DNA of 64,000 nucleotides from Bacteroidota bacterium (GCA_049973045.1 JBMFJZ010000003.1:142319-206318); one strand, 5' to 3'; numbered from the stretch's first letter, positions 9,485 to 19,806 are shown. Notes: generated by a model from the sequence alone, not told the origin. Translations and numbers: made by a program.

Positions 9485-12423
9485 TTTACCAACCCTTCAA
9501 TTGCCATGCTAAACTCTATCCCATAAAAAATCGGTGGATTTCTTACCTCCTCTGTAATGTCGTTTGGATTACTTGTAAACTGGTATCGGTAAAGTCCAGG
9601 ATTGTCGAATATGTTGTTCACATAGAACGAAAACTCAGCACCTTTGAACAATGATTTACTGATATTAATGTCAAACAGCCATTTCCCGGGTTGACGCTTG
9701 ACGCGCCGTGCAAACAACCAGTCAAGTTTCTGCGTTTCTGTCATACGGTCCAAAGCCACAGGTTGCATACCCAAGTCCTGCCTTCGCTGCCACAGGAGGT
9801 GCTCAGCACGCAAGCTTACCCAAAGACCAACCGTTCGCGCGACATACCGAACCCAAAAATTCAGCACGATATTATCCTGCCACACCACCCCCTTTGGATA
9901 AGTCCATCCAATAATTGTGTCAACCGGAGCGCCAGGCACGCGATAGTTTGGGTATTGACCGATACTTGTGTCCGGGTACGCAGAATACGAGGGAATATTC
10001 GAACCGCTCTTGGTGTAGTTGTACGCAGCGGTTATTTGGAACTCTGTGTTAAGCAACTCGATCTTTCGCGTACGGAAAGAGAGTTCCAGTCCCTTGCTAA
10101 TCATCCAACTACCGTTAGTTGCTCGCGATGTCTGACCAACAAAAAACACGGTTGGTGTGACCCCTCTCTGCGCAACTGCGAACAGTGGAACAGGCTCACC
10201 ATCAATGCCGTCCGAGGTCGATTTGTAGTAGGATGATACTGAAAGGCCGACTGCATCCATGAATTTTTGGTCAAATGATAGTTCAAACTGCTTCTCGCGG
10301 TAAGACTTTAGGTCTGGCGCTCGGCGGTCGAGCCTAAAATAGACAACCGCGCTGTCATAGGGATTTCTCCAGCGAAATACCTCCGGGGGAGGATAAATCG
10401 AACTCATCGGGGGCGATTTTGTCATGCTGCCTGCACTAATCCTTAATTGACTTGAGCTCCCCAAACGCAGCATCAAGGCAACGCGTGGATTGAAGTAGCT
10501 GCCTTGATAAGCTTGAACAAGATCACCCTTTCCAATGATACCACTAATGTTCAACCTATATGGCCTATACATGTCATATCTTGCTCCGAGAACAAAAGAG
10601 TAATCAAACAGTAAGTGCCCAACAATCTTATCTTCCGCATAGAGTCCCAAGAGGACCTGACCGGGGATATCATCGAATGAGTACGATCTCTTGCCTGACT
10701 GAGAACCGTAATAGTTGAACAATGTATCGACCAAGACTCCATCTCCAGTATTTGCGTTATACTCAATGTCAGACCCAAGCAATAGCGAATGGATTGTATT
10801 TCCCGTTAGAATTCGTCGTGTGAATTCAAGCTTTCCTCCGATATTCCACATGTTCCCTCGGGTCTCGACCTTTCCATAGTACGTTGATATAGTATCTCCT
10901 GAAGGCAAAATCCGCAAATCGCTTTGTACAAGTCTTGATTTCATACTGTTCAGCCGCTGATAATTTATGTATCCATTAAAATTCAGTAGGGAGACTGCAC
11001 TCGGTTCCCAGTTCCCCCAAATGCTGTACGAAAGTGAGTAGCCGCGATTATAGTTTCTTGTTTGAAACACATCCCCCTTGGGCTGTTCCTCATCAAAAAT
11101 TCTCTGAGCGAATATCTTTGTATTCAAATCTATATGCTCCGCTGGAATTTCCCTATTAATTACCAACTGCCCGGTTAAGCGGGTATATTCGTCACCGCTC
11201 ACTCGAATATCCCTTTCACTCTGTGCTGCGTTAATATTATAGCTGAACCCAGTTTCATTCCAAGTGAATCCGCCGCCGAAATTCCCTTCACGAGTATCAG
11301 GATTTTGCTTGAGTTTTAACCGCGGAGGCTGCTTCCCGGCTTTGGTTTTTACATTAATCAATCCTGACGTCAACTCGCCATATCGAACCGAGGGAACACC
11401 ACGTATGACCTCTATTGATTCAACATTATCTGCAGGGATCAAACGTAAATCAGCCCCCCTGCCAACGGTTGAAACCCCTGTTTTTGCGCTCGTGAATTGT
11501 TCAAACTGGAGATTTGCATTATTGGAAATTGGTATACCATCAACAATAACTCGCGTGCCAAAAGCCGTGAGATCTACGTCGCCTCCAAGAATTCCTTGCT
11601 GACTGCGTACGGCAGCCTGAAGCGTCTTCCCGAGTCCGGGATTGGCTGTTCGCTGCACACCGGGAACCAGATCGAGAACATCTCCGACACTCGACGCCTG
11701 GTAATGCTCAATTTCAGCACTTTTTATCTGCGTCTTCGTCTCCGTCTCAACTGGCAGCAGCTCTTGCGTAGCTTCGACCACCATCTCGCCTATTCTCACC
11801 GCCGAAGATTCAAGGATAAATTCAATCTCACGAACCTCTCTCGCTGCGATTTTCACAACATGAACACCCTTCTGGTATCCTATATATGATGCCTCTACAG
11901 TGTATGTCCCGGGCTTCAGATTTCGCAAAAGGAAAAAGCCCTCTCCATTTGTCGTCGTTCCTTGACGCGTCTCCCGAATCAGAACTGTAGCTCCAACCAG
12001 CGCTTCCCCATTCCTTCCTCTCACAGTTCCCGTCACAGAACCAGTCTGCTGGCGGGCACGTTCAAAACCGACTATGATGATCCTACCGCTCGGCGAGATT
12101 ATATACTCCAACCCCAGCGGCTTGAGAAGTTCTTCAAGAGCATCCTCCAGAGTCTCGTCGATGAAGTTGACAGATACTTTTCGAAATCCCCGAATTGTAG
12201 CTTCGTCATATAAAAACCGAACGCCCGATCTCTGGCTCAGTTGACGCAGGACGAATCGCAGGGGAACATCCTTTGCCTCAAGGGTTACACGGCGGTGGAG
12301 AGATAACGAATCAATTTGATAATATGTCATCACTAATTCACCATCCATGGTAACACGAGCGACAGCCGGAAAAGTGATATAAGCAGAAATGAACAGAATA
12401 AGTAAAATGAACCGCCACTTCAT
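9481..12423 (-). CDS. TonB-dependent transducer: N-terminal STN signalling domain, carboxypeptidase-regulatory-like domain, plug and beta-barrel (980 aa)
   Basis: STN region VTLEAKDVPLRFVLRQLSQRSGVRFLYD...IISPSGRIIIV; CarbopepD_reg GSVTGTVRGRNGEALVGATV; ATGA overlap with fecR. Confidence 0.85.
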   Translation of the reverse strand: MKWRFILLILFISAYITFPAVARVTMDGELVMTYYQIDSLSLHRRVTLEAKDVPLRFVLRQLSQRSGVRFLYDEATIRGFRKVSVNFIDETLEDALEELLKPLGLEYIISPSGRIIIVGFERARQQTGSVTGTVRGRNGEALVGATVLIRETRQGTTTNGEGFFLLRNLKPGTYTVEASYIGYQKGVHVVKIAAREVREIEFILESSAVRIGEMVVEATQELLPVETETKTQIKSAEIEHYQASSVGDVLDLVPGVQRTANPGLGKTLQAAVRSQQGILGGDVDLTAFGTRVIVDGIPISNNANLQFEQFTSAKTGVSTVGRGADLRLIPADNVESIEVIRGVPSVRYGELTSGLINVKTKAGKQPPRLKLKQNPDTREGNFGGGFTWNETGFSYNINAAQSERDIRVSGDEYTRLTGQLVINREIPAEHIDLNTKIFAQRIFDEEQPKGDVFQTRNYNRGYSLSYSIWGNWEPSAVSLLNFNGYINYQRLNSMKSRLVQSDLRILPSGDTISTYYGKVETRGNMWNIGGKLEFTRRILTGNTIHSLLLGSDIEYNANTGDGVLVDTLFNYYGSQSGKRSYSFDDIPGQVLLGLYAEDKIVGHLLFDYSFVLGARYDMYRPYRLNISGIIGKGDLVQAYQGSYFNPRVALMLRLGSSSQLRISAGSMTKSPPMSSIYPPPEVFRWRNPYDSAVVYFRLDRRAPDLKSYREKQFELSFDQKFMDAVGLSVSSYYKSTSDGIDGEPVPLFAVAQRGVTPTVFFVGQTSRATNGSWMISKGLELSFRTRKIELLNTEFQITAAYNYTKSGSNIPSYSAYPDTSIGQYPNYRVPGAPVDTIIGWTYPKGVVWQDNIVLNFWVRYVARTVGLWVSLRAEHLLWQRRQDLGMQPVALDRMTETQKLDWLFARRVKRQPGKWLFDINISKSLFKGAEFSFYVNNIFDNPGLYRYQFTSNPNDITEEVRNPPIFYGIEFSMAIEGLVK

Positions 12424-13493
12424 CTTACAACGATTTCCTTACCATTGCGTGTGATTTTCACGTCCATTGCAACAGCAATATCCGACAATACTTCGTCTAA
12501 TGATTCTCTCCCAAATACACCAGTAAGCAATTTCCTCTTCACAGATGCGCTGCCGAATGAAACTTTCACATCGTACGTGCGTTCTATTTCTTCCATGACC
12601 TCATCGAGCGGCGTTCTGTCAAATGAAAGCTTGTTCCACCGCCAAGCGATAGCCTCCGCTGTTGACACGCGCTGAACTGCTGTGATAGATGCGGATCGTT
12701 CATCGTACTTTATCATTTGTCCTTTCCTTACCCGCACAGTTTCTGCAACGCTTGTAAACTGCACTGCGCCTTCCGTCACGACAACACTTACTTTCCCACG
12801 ACGATAGCGCACATTAAACTCGGTACCAATAGCTTCCGTCAGCGATGTTCCAGCTACTACTCGAAATGGCTTACCTGGGTCTTTTGCGATAGAAAAATAA
12901 GCTTCCCCATCCAACCATACCTGCCTTACACGAGCGTTCCCTTTTATTGCATATCGCAACCGACTCCCGGAATTCATATAGATGACACTCCCGTCGGGAA
13001 GCCAAACCACTGATCGCTGACCATTTGCTGTTGTAACTTCAGCAAGTTGCGAGTCGTGTCTGTCATCCTGAACCCTTAGCCTGGGAAGACCTAAATAGAT
13101 GAAGAGCGAGACGGTAGCAACCGTAACCAGGGCAACAGCTCCCCATGCAACGATGTGCACCGCAGCTGCACGTCGCCGCGGCTTGCTCTTCCCGCCCCGA
13201 CTACCTAACGCCAAAGCAACTCCCACGGCTACGGGCCGAGTACCATCTACTTCATCAGCACGCTGACGGATGCCTTGCAACACCCCGTACCACTCCTCAC
13301 TGGGACTCGGTGGCTCAGGAGCAGGTAGTTCCCCGGTCTTTTCCCAGAGAAAACTTACCGAGGCGAAAATCTCACGATGTTGATCTGATTCTTCAAGCCA
13401 TTCTTCAAAGAATTCGCGCTCCTCCTCACTGACTTCTCCCTTGAGGACACGTATGATAAACTGTGCATCGACACTTTTCCGCATAGCGCACAT
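12420..13493 (-). CDS. FecR-family transmembrane anti-sigma factor
   Basis: Single TM (HIVAWGAVALVTVATVSLFIYL) followed by a FecR domain (VVWLPDGSVIYMNSGSRLRY) and a DUF4974-like C-terminus. Confidence 0.85.
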   Translation of the reverse strand: MCAMRKSVDAQFIIRVLKGEVSEEEREFFEEWLEESDQHREIFASVSFLWEKTGELPAPEPPSPSEEWYGVLQGIRQRADEVDGTRPVAVGVALALGSRGGKSKPRRRAAAVHIVAWGAVALVTVATVSLFIYLGLPRLRVQDDRHDSQLAEVTTANGQRSVVWLPDGSVIYMNSGSRLRYAIKGNARVRQVWLDGEAYFSIAKDPGKPFRVVAGTSLTEAIGTEFNVRYRRGKVSVVVTEGAVQFTSVAETVRVRKGQMIKYDERSASITAVQRVSTAEAIAWRWNKLSFDRTPLDEVMEEIERTYDVKVSFGSASVKRKLLTGVFGRESLDEVLSDIAVAMDVKITRNGKEIVVR

Positions 13494-13554
13494 AAGCTTC
13501 TCCTAATTAAATACACATACAAAGGGAAAAAGTACTATGCAGAGGAGAAAATGC

Positions 13555-14112
13555 TCAGTCTAAATAATGAGAAAGGCGATTTCGCAGGACTGTGATAGCC
13601 TTGTTCATTTGGTTCTTAACCGTCTGGAGTGAAATCCCAAGGGTATCAGCAATTTCAGAGTAACTCATATCATGGTATCGGCTTAAGATGAAAATCTCTC
13701 GGCATCGGTTAGGCAGGGAATTAATTGCTTTTTGCAGATCATCATCTAAAAAAATGTGGTCGTGCTTCTCCTCGGTGCTAAGATATGGTGATGCAAGGAC
13801 TCCTTCGGTGGCGACTGAAAGTCGAAAGGCGCGCCGGGTTCTTGCAAGATAATTGAGCGCAAGATTCCTGGCTATCCGAAAAAGAAATGATTTTGCCGAA
13901 AGCGAGGGTTCGATCCGTTCATGAGAACGCCAGAAGTTAATAAATGTGTCTTGAGCGATGTCTCTCGCAACATCCCAATCACCTGTATAGCGATAGACAA
14001 AAAGGAAAATCTCAGGGTGAAGAGAATGGAAAAATTCTTTGAACGCATCTACATCACCCAGCCGAATTCTCTCGAGCACATCGGCTTCAATATGTCGCGA
14101 GCCTCGTTCCAT
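13555..14112 (-). CDS. ECF-type RNA polymerase sigma-70 factor
   Basis: Region 2 (LFVYRYTGDWDVARDIAQDTFINFW) and region 4 HTH (YSEIADTLGISLQTVKNQMNKA). Confidence 0.85.
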   Translation of the reverse strand: MERGSRHIEADVLERIRLGDVDAFKEFFHSLHPEIFLFVYRYTGDWDVARDIAQDTFINFWRSHERIEPSLSAKSFLFRIARNLALNYLARTRRAFRLSVATEGVLASPYLSTEEKHDHIFLDDDLQKAINSLPNRCREIFILSRYHDMSYSEIADTLGISLQTVKNQMNKAITVLRNRLSHYLD

Positions 14113-14436
14113 CGAGTTTTATTAGAAAATAACCATTCCGCATAACTTTTTCAACTGCGCCCAGAGCAGCGTAAAAACACCGCAATGCTGATCCGTCAAA
14201 TCAGCAGGCAACAGTTGAAAGTGGTCGTGCTACTGCGTATATTTCATGAGCCGGAATTCGACGTCATCTTCAATGATGTCTACAAGCAAGAGTACCCAAG
14301 GATTTTTTACTAATCCTTCGCCGGGCTCCGCCGTGATGGACTTCTCATCGCCGGCAATGTTCTGTGGTATGGACAGATTCTCGGTGCACCATCCCGACGA
14401 ATCAAGCACAACTCTCAAACACAGCAAGGAGGTTAT

Positions 14437-14745
14437 ATGGTTCTCGCTGAGTTCAGCATGTTCCCCACCGACAAGGGGGAAAGTGTGAGTGCCTATGTTG
14501 CAAAAGTTCTCAATATTGTTGATCGCTCCGGAATTTCGTACCAACTGACAGCAATGGGAACCCTCCTTGAGGGGAAATGGGAAGAAGTGATGGGGGTCAT
14601 TTCAAAATGTTTCAATGTGCTGAGGAGGGAATCGAACCGGATTTACGTTGTAGTGAAGATGGACTACAGAAAGGGGCGGACACATCGGATGAAGGCGAAA
14701 GTAAGCGCTGTGGAAAAGCAACTCGGAAGAAAATTGCAAAGTTGA
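14437..14745 (+). CDS. MTH1187/YkoF-family (DUF77) thiamine-binding-like small protein
   Basis: Matches the family pattern along the whole 102 aa (AEFSMFP...GTLLEGKWEEVMGVISKCF); AAGGAGGT Shine-Dalgarno 5 nt upstream. Confidence 0.75.
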   Translation: MVLAEFSMFPTDKGESVSAYVAKVLNIVDRSGISYQLTAMGTLLEGKWEEVMGVISKCFNVLRRESNRIYVVVKMDYRKGRTHRMKAKVSAVEKQLGRKLQS

Positions 14746-14806
14746 ATCATTATTCCTCCACTTTAAACATATTGGTCTATCTCCACTCCTGCGAGGGAAT
14801 ATGGGT

Positions 14807-17800
14807 TCAATCGGCGTCGAGCGCATTACGCACTTTCGAAACCAGATTCTGCACGTTGTATGGCTTCTGAATGAATCCACGCACCCCCTCCCGCAGGATT
14901 TCCTGCGCCTTACCATTCTGACTGAACCCCGTTGAGAGGATTGCCTTTACATCAGGGTTGATTTCCCTGAGTTTCCGGTATGTTTCATGACCTCCCATCT
15001 TCGGCATAATCATATCCAGGATTACCAGAGAGATTTCACTATGCTTCTTTCTGTATATATCGATTGCTTCTTCTCCGTTTTTTGCAGTAAGCACTTTGTA
15101 ACCGTAGCTACCAAGCACGTCCGCTACCAGTGTCCGAATCGATTCCTCATCATCCACGACAAGTATCAGTTCATTCCCTCCTCGCAGAGCAATCATCTGC
15201 TCACCTGGCTGGGCTTCCTCTTTCTCACTTGCCGGTAAGAACACGCGGAACGTGGTACCCTCTCCTACCTCACTGTACACCCGGATAAACCCACCATGGT
15301 TCTTCACTATCCCGTACACGACAGCCAGACCAAGGCCTGTGCCTTTCCCTTTCTCCTTCGTTGTGAAGAAAGGCTCAAAGACGCGGCTGAGCGTCTGCTT
15401 ATCCATCCCTACTCCCGTGTCAGTAACAGAGACCACAACGTAAGGACCTGGTTTTGCGCCAAGGCGTTTCTTCGCATAGTCCTCATCGAGCATCATGCTA
15501 TGGGCTTCGATGATCAATCTCCCGCCCCCAGGCATAGCGTCACGCGCATTCACACAGAGGTTCATCAGCACTTGTTGAATCTGCCCGGGATCGGCCTCAA
15601 TTGTAGGGAGTGAACGATCGACGTGCGTTACGATTTCAATCGACCGATCGAACGTCCTTTCTACGATCTGTAAAGTCTCCTCAATGATCCTTTCCACTTT
15701 CACAGGCTTCGTATCGTATTTGCCACCACGTGCAAAGGCGAGAAGCTGAGAAGTAAGTTCAGCAGCTCGAATGCCACTTCGCTCAATGGTATCAACATAA
15801 CGATACATCGGGTCACTCTCCGCTAAGCGTGTCTTCAGGAATGAGGCGTACCCTAAGATTCCACCGAGGAGGTTATTGAAATCATGCGCAATACCGCCTG
15901 CTAAAAGTCCAATGGATTCCATTCTCTGCGCCTGCGCAAGCTGCTCCTGCAGATAGGCACGCTCCTCCTCTGCACGGCGATGCTCAGTCGTGTCATGAAA
16001 CGCAATCGCAACTCCGCTCTGCGTCCGCCAGAGGACAACATCAAAGATACGAGAGCCACTATGGCATTCACATTGAACGTCACGCAAAATAACGCTTTTC
16101 CCCGACTCGTAAACCTGACGGAAGAGTGCATCCATCCCTGCAACTTCAATGTTCGTGAGAAGAGCAGAAAGTCGCTTGCCGAGAGCAAAAGACCGATCGA
16201 TTCCGAACGTTGACGCTGCTGCACTGTTCCATTCAGAAACGAGAAAAGATATTTCATTTCCTCCACCTGCGCGTTCGGCGACTGGAACAACCGGTGTTCC
16301 CTCAATTGTCTGGATCGTCAAGAGAACAAATGGGTCAACCATGTTATCGATCACCTGTCGGAACAGGTCGAGTGCAACTCTCAGATTCGCTGTTCGCTCA
16401 TTCACAAGGTAAGCTAACTGCCGCTCACGCTGACGGCTCTGCTGCAATCGAAGTCTCACCGCTCCCCCTACAATTCCACCAATGACAAGGAGTGAAATTC
16501 CTAAAAACCAAGTTCTCTTCCAAATTGGAGGAAGGACGCTAAATTGGATCCGCGCAGGGGTATTTGTCCATACCCCATCGGTGTTGCATGCACTCACCTC
16601 AAGTGTGTACTCTCCGGGCACAAGAGCAGGAAAGACCACCTGCCGATCTTTCATCGGAGCTGACCACTCATCGCTAGATCCGAGCAATCGATATTTGTAT
16701 AGTACACCTGAATGCCCAACATAGGTGAGAGCAGCGAACTCTACTCGGAATGCGCGATCTGATGAAGCGAATTCCAACTGCATTCCTTCCTGTGGGAGCG
16801 CAACTGGCTTTCCATTGACGAAGAAACCTGTCACAGCGACACGGGGTGGCTTTGTATGCATCTGCACATGAAGAGGATCAATGTATGATGCTCCGCCTAT
16901 TGTACCAACCCAAATCCTTCCCTGAGAATCGAGAAGCGTCGCTCCCTGGTTCGTCTCGCGATCTGCAAGTCCATCTTCAGGTCCGAAGGTACGCCATGTC
17001 TTCCCATCGAACCTCGCAACTCCATTTACGGTGCCAGCCCAAATATTTCCTCCGCGATCCTCGCTGATAAAAAACGTCAGGTTATGTGGCAAGCCATTTT
17101 TATCCGTGTAGACGCCGACGATTTTCTCATCCCTGATTTGCACTACACCTCCATCGGTGGCTGCCCAGATCGACCCGTCGTGCGCCGCAAGCACTGCAAG
17201 CACATTGTCATGGGGTAATCCATCGGCTCGTGTGAAACGCCGGAACTTTCCCCCTCGATACTCGGTTAATCCTGCTCCATAGGTTCCAAACCAAAGCGCA
17301 GCACCATTTTTAACTTGCGCTATGGCAGAGATCACATTGCTCCCTAATCCATCTCGCTCTGTGAGTCGCGTGATGTTCCCATGATCAATATGGACAGCCC
17401 CACCGCCATCGGTCCCAAACCAAAAAGAGCCATCCTCTGCCTGGAGAATCGAAAAGACTGTTGAACTCCCAAGCATCGTCTTCCCATAATGCGTTACAAC
17501 ACCGGATCTCACAGAGTAAACCCCATGATTATAATATGCCACCCACAATGTTCCTCTCCTATCGACCGTAATCGCTTGCGCTGGCTCCTTAGGGAGCGCC
17601 GCGGGAATTGACCGAAACGTGATCCGCCCATGTTCAAAGCGGGCTAAACCGCGGTTTGTTCCGATGAGGATCGACCCATCACGGTCTTCTCCGAAGCTCC
17701 ACACCACATTGTGTGGCAAGCCATCACGGACCGTGAAGGAATGGAATTTCACCACTATGAACTCAACCACACCGCCACCAGTCGCTGCCCACATATTCCC

Positions 17801-18703
17801 TTCTCGATCCACGCAGAAATCCCAAACTATTGGATCAGGAAGAGATTCTTCACCCCATTGTTGAACATCTGAACCAGAAATCCGGAGAACCCCTCGTTCA
17901 GTGCCTAACCAAAGCGCACCCACGCTGTCACGTGTGATTGCATTCACCGCTCCGCTCACCATCCTGTCATTGGCTTCAGGATGATATCTTCGGAGTACAT
18001 TCCCTTTCAGTAAGAACACTCCCCTGCGATCCGTTCCGATCCAGAGTGTCCCATCGTTATCTTCACTGAGATGCATCACCGTTGCATCATTGAGCTCAGG
18101 ACTCGCAATGATGCGCACAACAGAACCGCGATAAATCTTTGCAATCGACCCATGTTTCATCCCAACCCAAATCCCTCCATCGCGTGAGGAGGCTAATGCT
18201 GAGACAGTATCGCCGGGCAAACCTTCAGTGCGCCGATAGGATTTCATAACTGTGTTAAGGATGTGCACAACCCCTTTCCCTCTCGTTGCGACCCATAACG
18301 AACCATCCGGTTGTGCAAGCAGATCGAGGATTGCTATAGCCGAAACACGTTCATCTTGGACAGGAGAGATTTTCCCCTCTGCCCACACTGCCAGACCTGT
18401 CCATGTCCCAAGCCAAACCCTCCCCGCTTTGTCCGCAGCCAGAGAGAATACCGTGTTATCCGGCAGACCATCTTTAGTTGTGAAACTCACAAATGAATAC
18501 CCGTCGTACCGACTGACACTGCCTCCCGTGGCGAACCACATGAAGCCTTCTCGGTCTTGACATACAGAGTACACTGTCGACTGAATAAGACCGTCACGAA
18601 CAGTCAGTGGAACGAGGCGAAAGCTACCGGAAGCAACCGCCTCTAATGGAATCACCGCAAGCGAAACGAGAAGCCGTGCACTTGCTGCAAGCTTGAACGA
18701 CAT
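14807..18703 (-). CDS. Hybrid sensor histidine kinase/response regulator: signal peptide, about 14 Reg_prop beta-propeller blades, Y_Y_Y domain, TM, HisKA, HATPase and a C-terminal REC domain; no DNA-binding output domain
   Basis: Repeated GLP.N.V....D..G.lWigT blades; HisKA H-box GGIAHDFNNLLGGILGY; G-boxes DTGVGMD...GTGLGLAVV; REC ILVVDDE...ILDMIMP. Confidence 0.85.
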   Translation of the reverse strand: MSFKLAASARLLVSLAVIPLEAVASGSFRLVPLTVRDGLIQSTVYSVCQDREGFMWFATGGSVSRYDGYSFVSFTTKDGLPDNTVFSLAADKAGRVWLGTWTGLAVWAEGKISPVQDERVSAIAILDLLAQPDGSLWVATRGKGVVHILNTVMKSYRRTEGLPGDTVSALASSRDGGIWVGMKHGSIAKIYRGSVVRIIASPELNDATVMHLSEDNDGTLWIGTDRRGVFLLKGNVLRRYHPEANDRMVSGAVNAITRDSVGALWLGTERGVLRISGSDVQQWGEESLPDPIVWDFCVDREGNMWAATGGGVVEFIVVKFHSFTVRDGLPHNVVWSFGEDRDGSILIGTNRGLARFEHGRITFRSIPAALPKEPAQAITVDRRGTLWVAYYNHGVYSVRSGVVTHYGKTMLGSSTVFSILQAEDGSFWFGTDGGGAVHIDHGNITRLTERDGLGSNVISAIAQVKNGAALWFGTYGAGLTEYRGGKFRRFTRADGLPHDNVLAVLAAHDGSIWAATDGGVVQIRDEKIVGVYTDKNGLPHNLTFFISEDRGGNIWAGTVNGVARFDGKTWRTFGPEDGLADRETNQGATLLDSQGRIWVGTIGGASYIDPLHVQMHTKPPRVAVTGFFVNGKPVALPQEGMQLEFASSDRAFRVEFAALTYVGHSGVLYKYRLLGSSDEWSAPMKDRQVVFPALVPGEYTLEVSACNTDGVWTNTPARIQFSVLPPIWKRTWFLGISLLVIGGIVGGAVRLRLQQSRQRERQLAYLVNERTANLRVALDLFRQVIDNMVDPFVLLTIQTIEGTPVVPVAERAGGGNEISFLVSEWNSAAASTFGIDRSFALGKRLSALLTNIEVAGMDALFRQVYESGKSVILRDVQCECHSGSRIFDVVLWRTQSGVAIAFHDTTEHRRAEEERAYLQEQLAQAQRMESIGLLAGGIAHDFNNLLGGILGYASFLKTRLAESDPMYRYVDTIERSGIRAAELTSQLLAFARGGKYDTKPVKVERIIEETLQIVERTFDRSIEIVTHVDRSLPTIEADPGQIQQVLMNLCVNARDAMPGGGRLIIEAHSMMLDEDYAKKRLGAKPGPYVVVSVTDTGVGMDKQTLSRVFEPFFTTKEKGKGTGLGLAVVYGIVKNHGGFIRVYSEVGEGTTFRVFLPASEKEEAQPGEQMIALRGGNELILVVDDEESIRTLVADVLGSYGYKVLTAKNGEEAIDIYRKKHSEISLVILDMIMPKMGGHETYRKLREINPDVKAILSTGFSQNGKAQEILREGVRGFIQKPYNVQNLVSKVRNALDAD

Positions 18704-18887
18704 TTCCGAAGCCCCCTCTTAAAGACGTAGCATAGGCTCAACCATGATTAAATACTAAAGTATGAAAGCAGACGCAGAAAATCAATACTTGTCGATGCCA
18801 CAAATAAAAATCTCTATGAAATACAGCTTGAAGTAGAAGAGAAAAATTCAGAGTTTACCCCCACTGTCGTACAAATAGAAACAAACA

Positions 18888-19447
18888 ATGCACGCGACCG
18901 TGATAAGATACTCCATGGCTCAGAGAAAGATAATAACAAGAGCCCGCCAAGGGCGGGCGGAACTTGTGTCAAAGTTAGAGAAGTTCAATGAAATGGAGTT
19001 TTCTGACACGGTGAGCCAACAACTTTTGACAGTTAGTGGAGCAACAATTGACGGATTACTCAAAGAAGAGAAGAAAAAGGTCAATAAAGCCGGGCACACC
19101 TCTGAAAAGTCAGATAGCTGTCCGTACATTCGATAAGCAGGATGAAAGTACTGCAGGATTTATTGAAATTGACTTAGTCTCGCATGATGCCGCAAATGCA
19201 CAGGGCGATTTCCACCATACTCTTAACGCCACAGAGGCTGCTACAGGGTGCACTGAGTCGAAAGCTAATTAACGAGGCACAGCGTTCGGTCTTTGCTGCC
19301 CGCGCTCCCTCACGTAAGAGTTTATCCGTGACAGATGAAGTAGGAGAGGACTCAACGGAACCTCCGTACAGTGATCAAACCGTGCCGACGGATTTCACGT
19401 TTACAGCTTTCCTGAAAAGTCGCCACCTTTTCAGGGAACGACAATAA
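18888..19447 (+). other. Three consecutive short ORFs in three successive frames (18888-19136, 19036-19272, 19184-19447); possible frameshift-degraded gene remnant just 3' of tRNA-Lys, identity not recognisable
   Basis: ORF track pattern; weak HTH-like segment SGATIDGLLKEEKKK; possible slippery A-run gaagagaagaaaaagg at the first frame switch. Confidence 0.25.
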
Positions 19448-19775
19448 TTAGTTTTCAACTACTTATCTGTTTTTCCCTTGCCGATGTTGGATGGTCTGTT
19501 TTTTTTTTATAACAATTCTTTTGCCCTATGTCATCTCGACAATCCTACCTCCTTCCTCATTGGACGAAAGACTCCTTCGCTTCCTTACAGCACCGGTCCT
19601 GGCTTTCATGAGACCTCTAACGCTACGCATATAGCTTCCCCGTTTTTATTGCAGGCCATCGATGTGGAAGGTCACCACGAGTTTGCTTGCATTTCTACCT
19701 CAGGTTTTGCCACGTGCCCTTCAGACTCCACTCACGGCGACCCCCTGCGCTTAAATTGCTGCACGGCACACAGAC

Positions 19776-19806
19776 AAAAAAGCCCTCGAATATCAAGGGC
19801 TTTTCG
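19776..19806 (-). terminator. Terminator hairpin directly after tRNA-Lys (GAAAAGCCCTTGATATTCGAGGGCTTTTTT on the minus strand)
   Basis: Inverted repeat plus T-run seen in sequence. Confidence 0.6.

Noticed and set aside
14113-14145. Candidate ECF-type autoregulated promoter GGAAT...TCTAA upstream of the sigma gene
   Set aside because: The spacer between the GGAAT and TCTAA elements is only about 8 nt rather than the 16-17 nt expected, so the call is not supportable.
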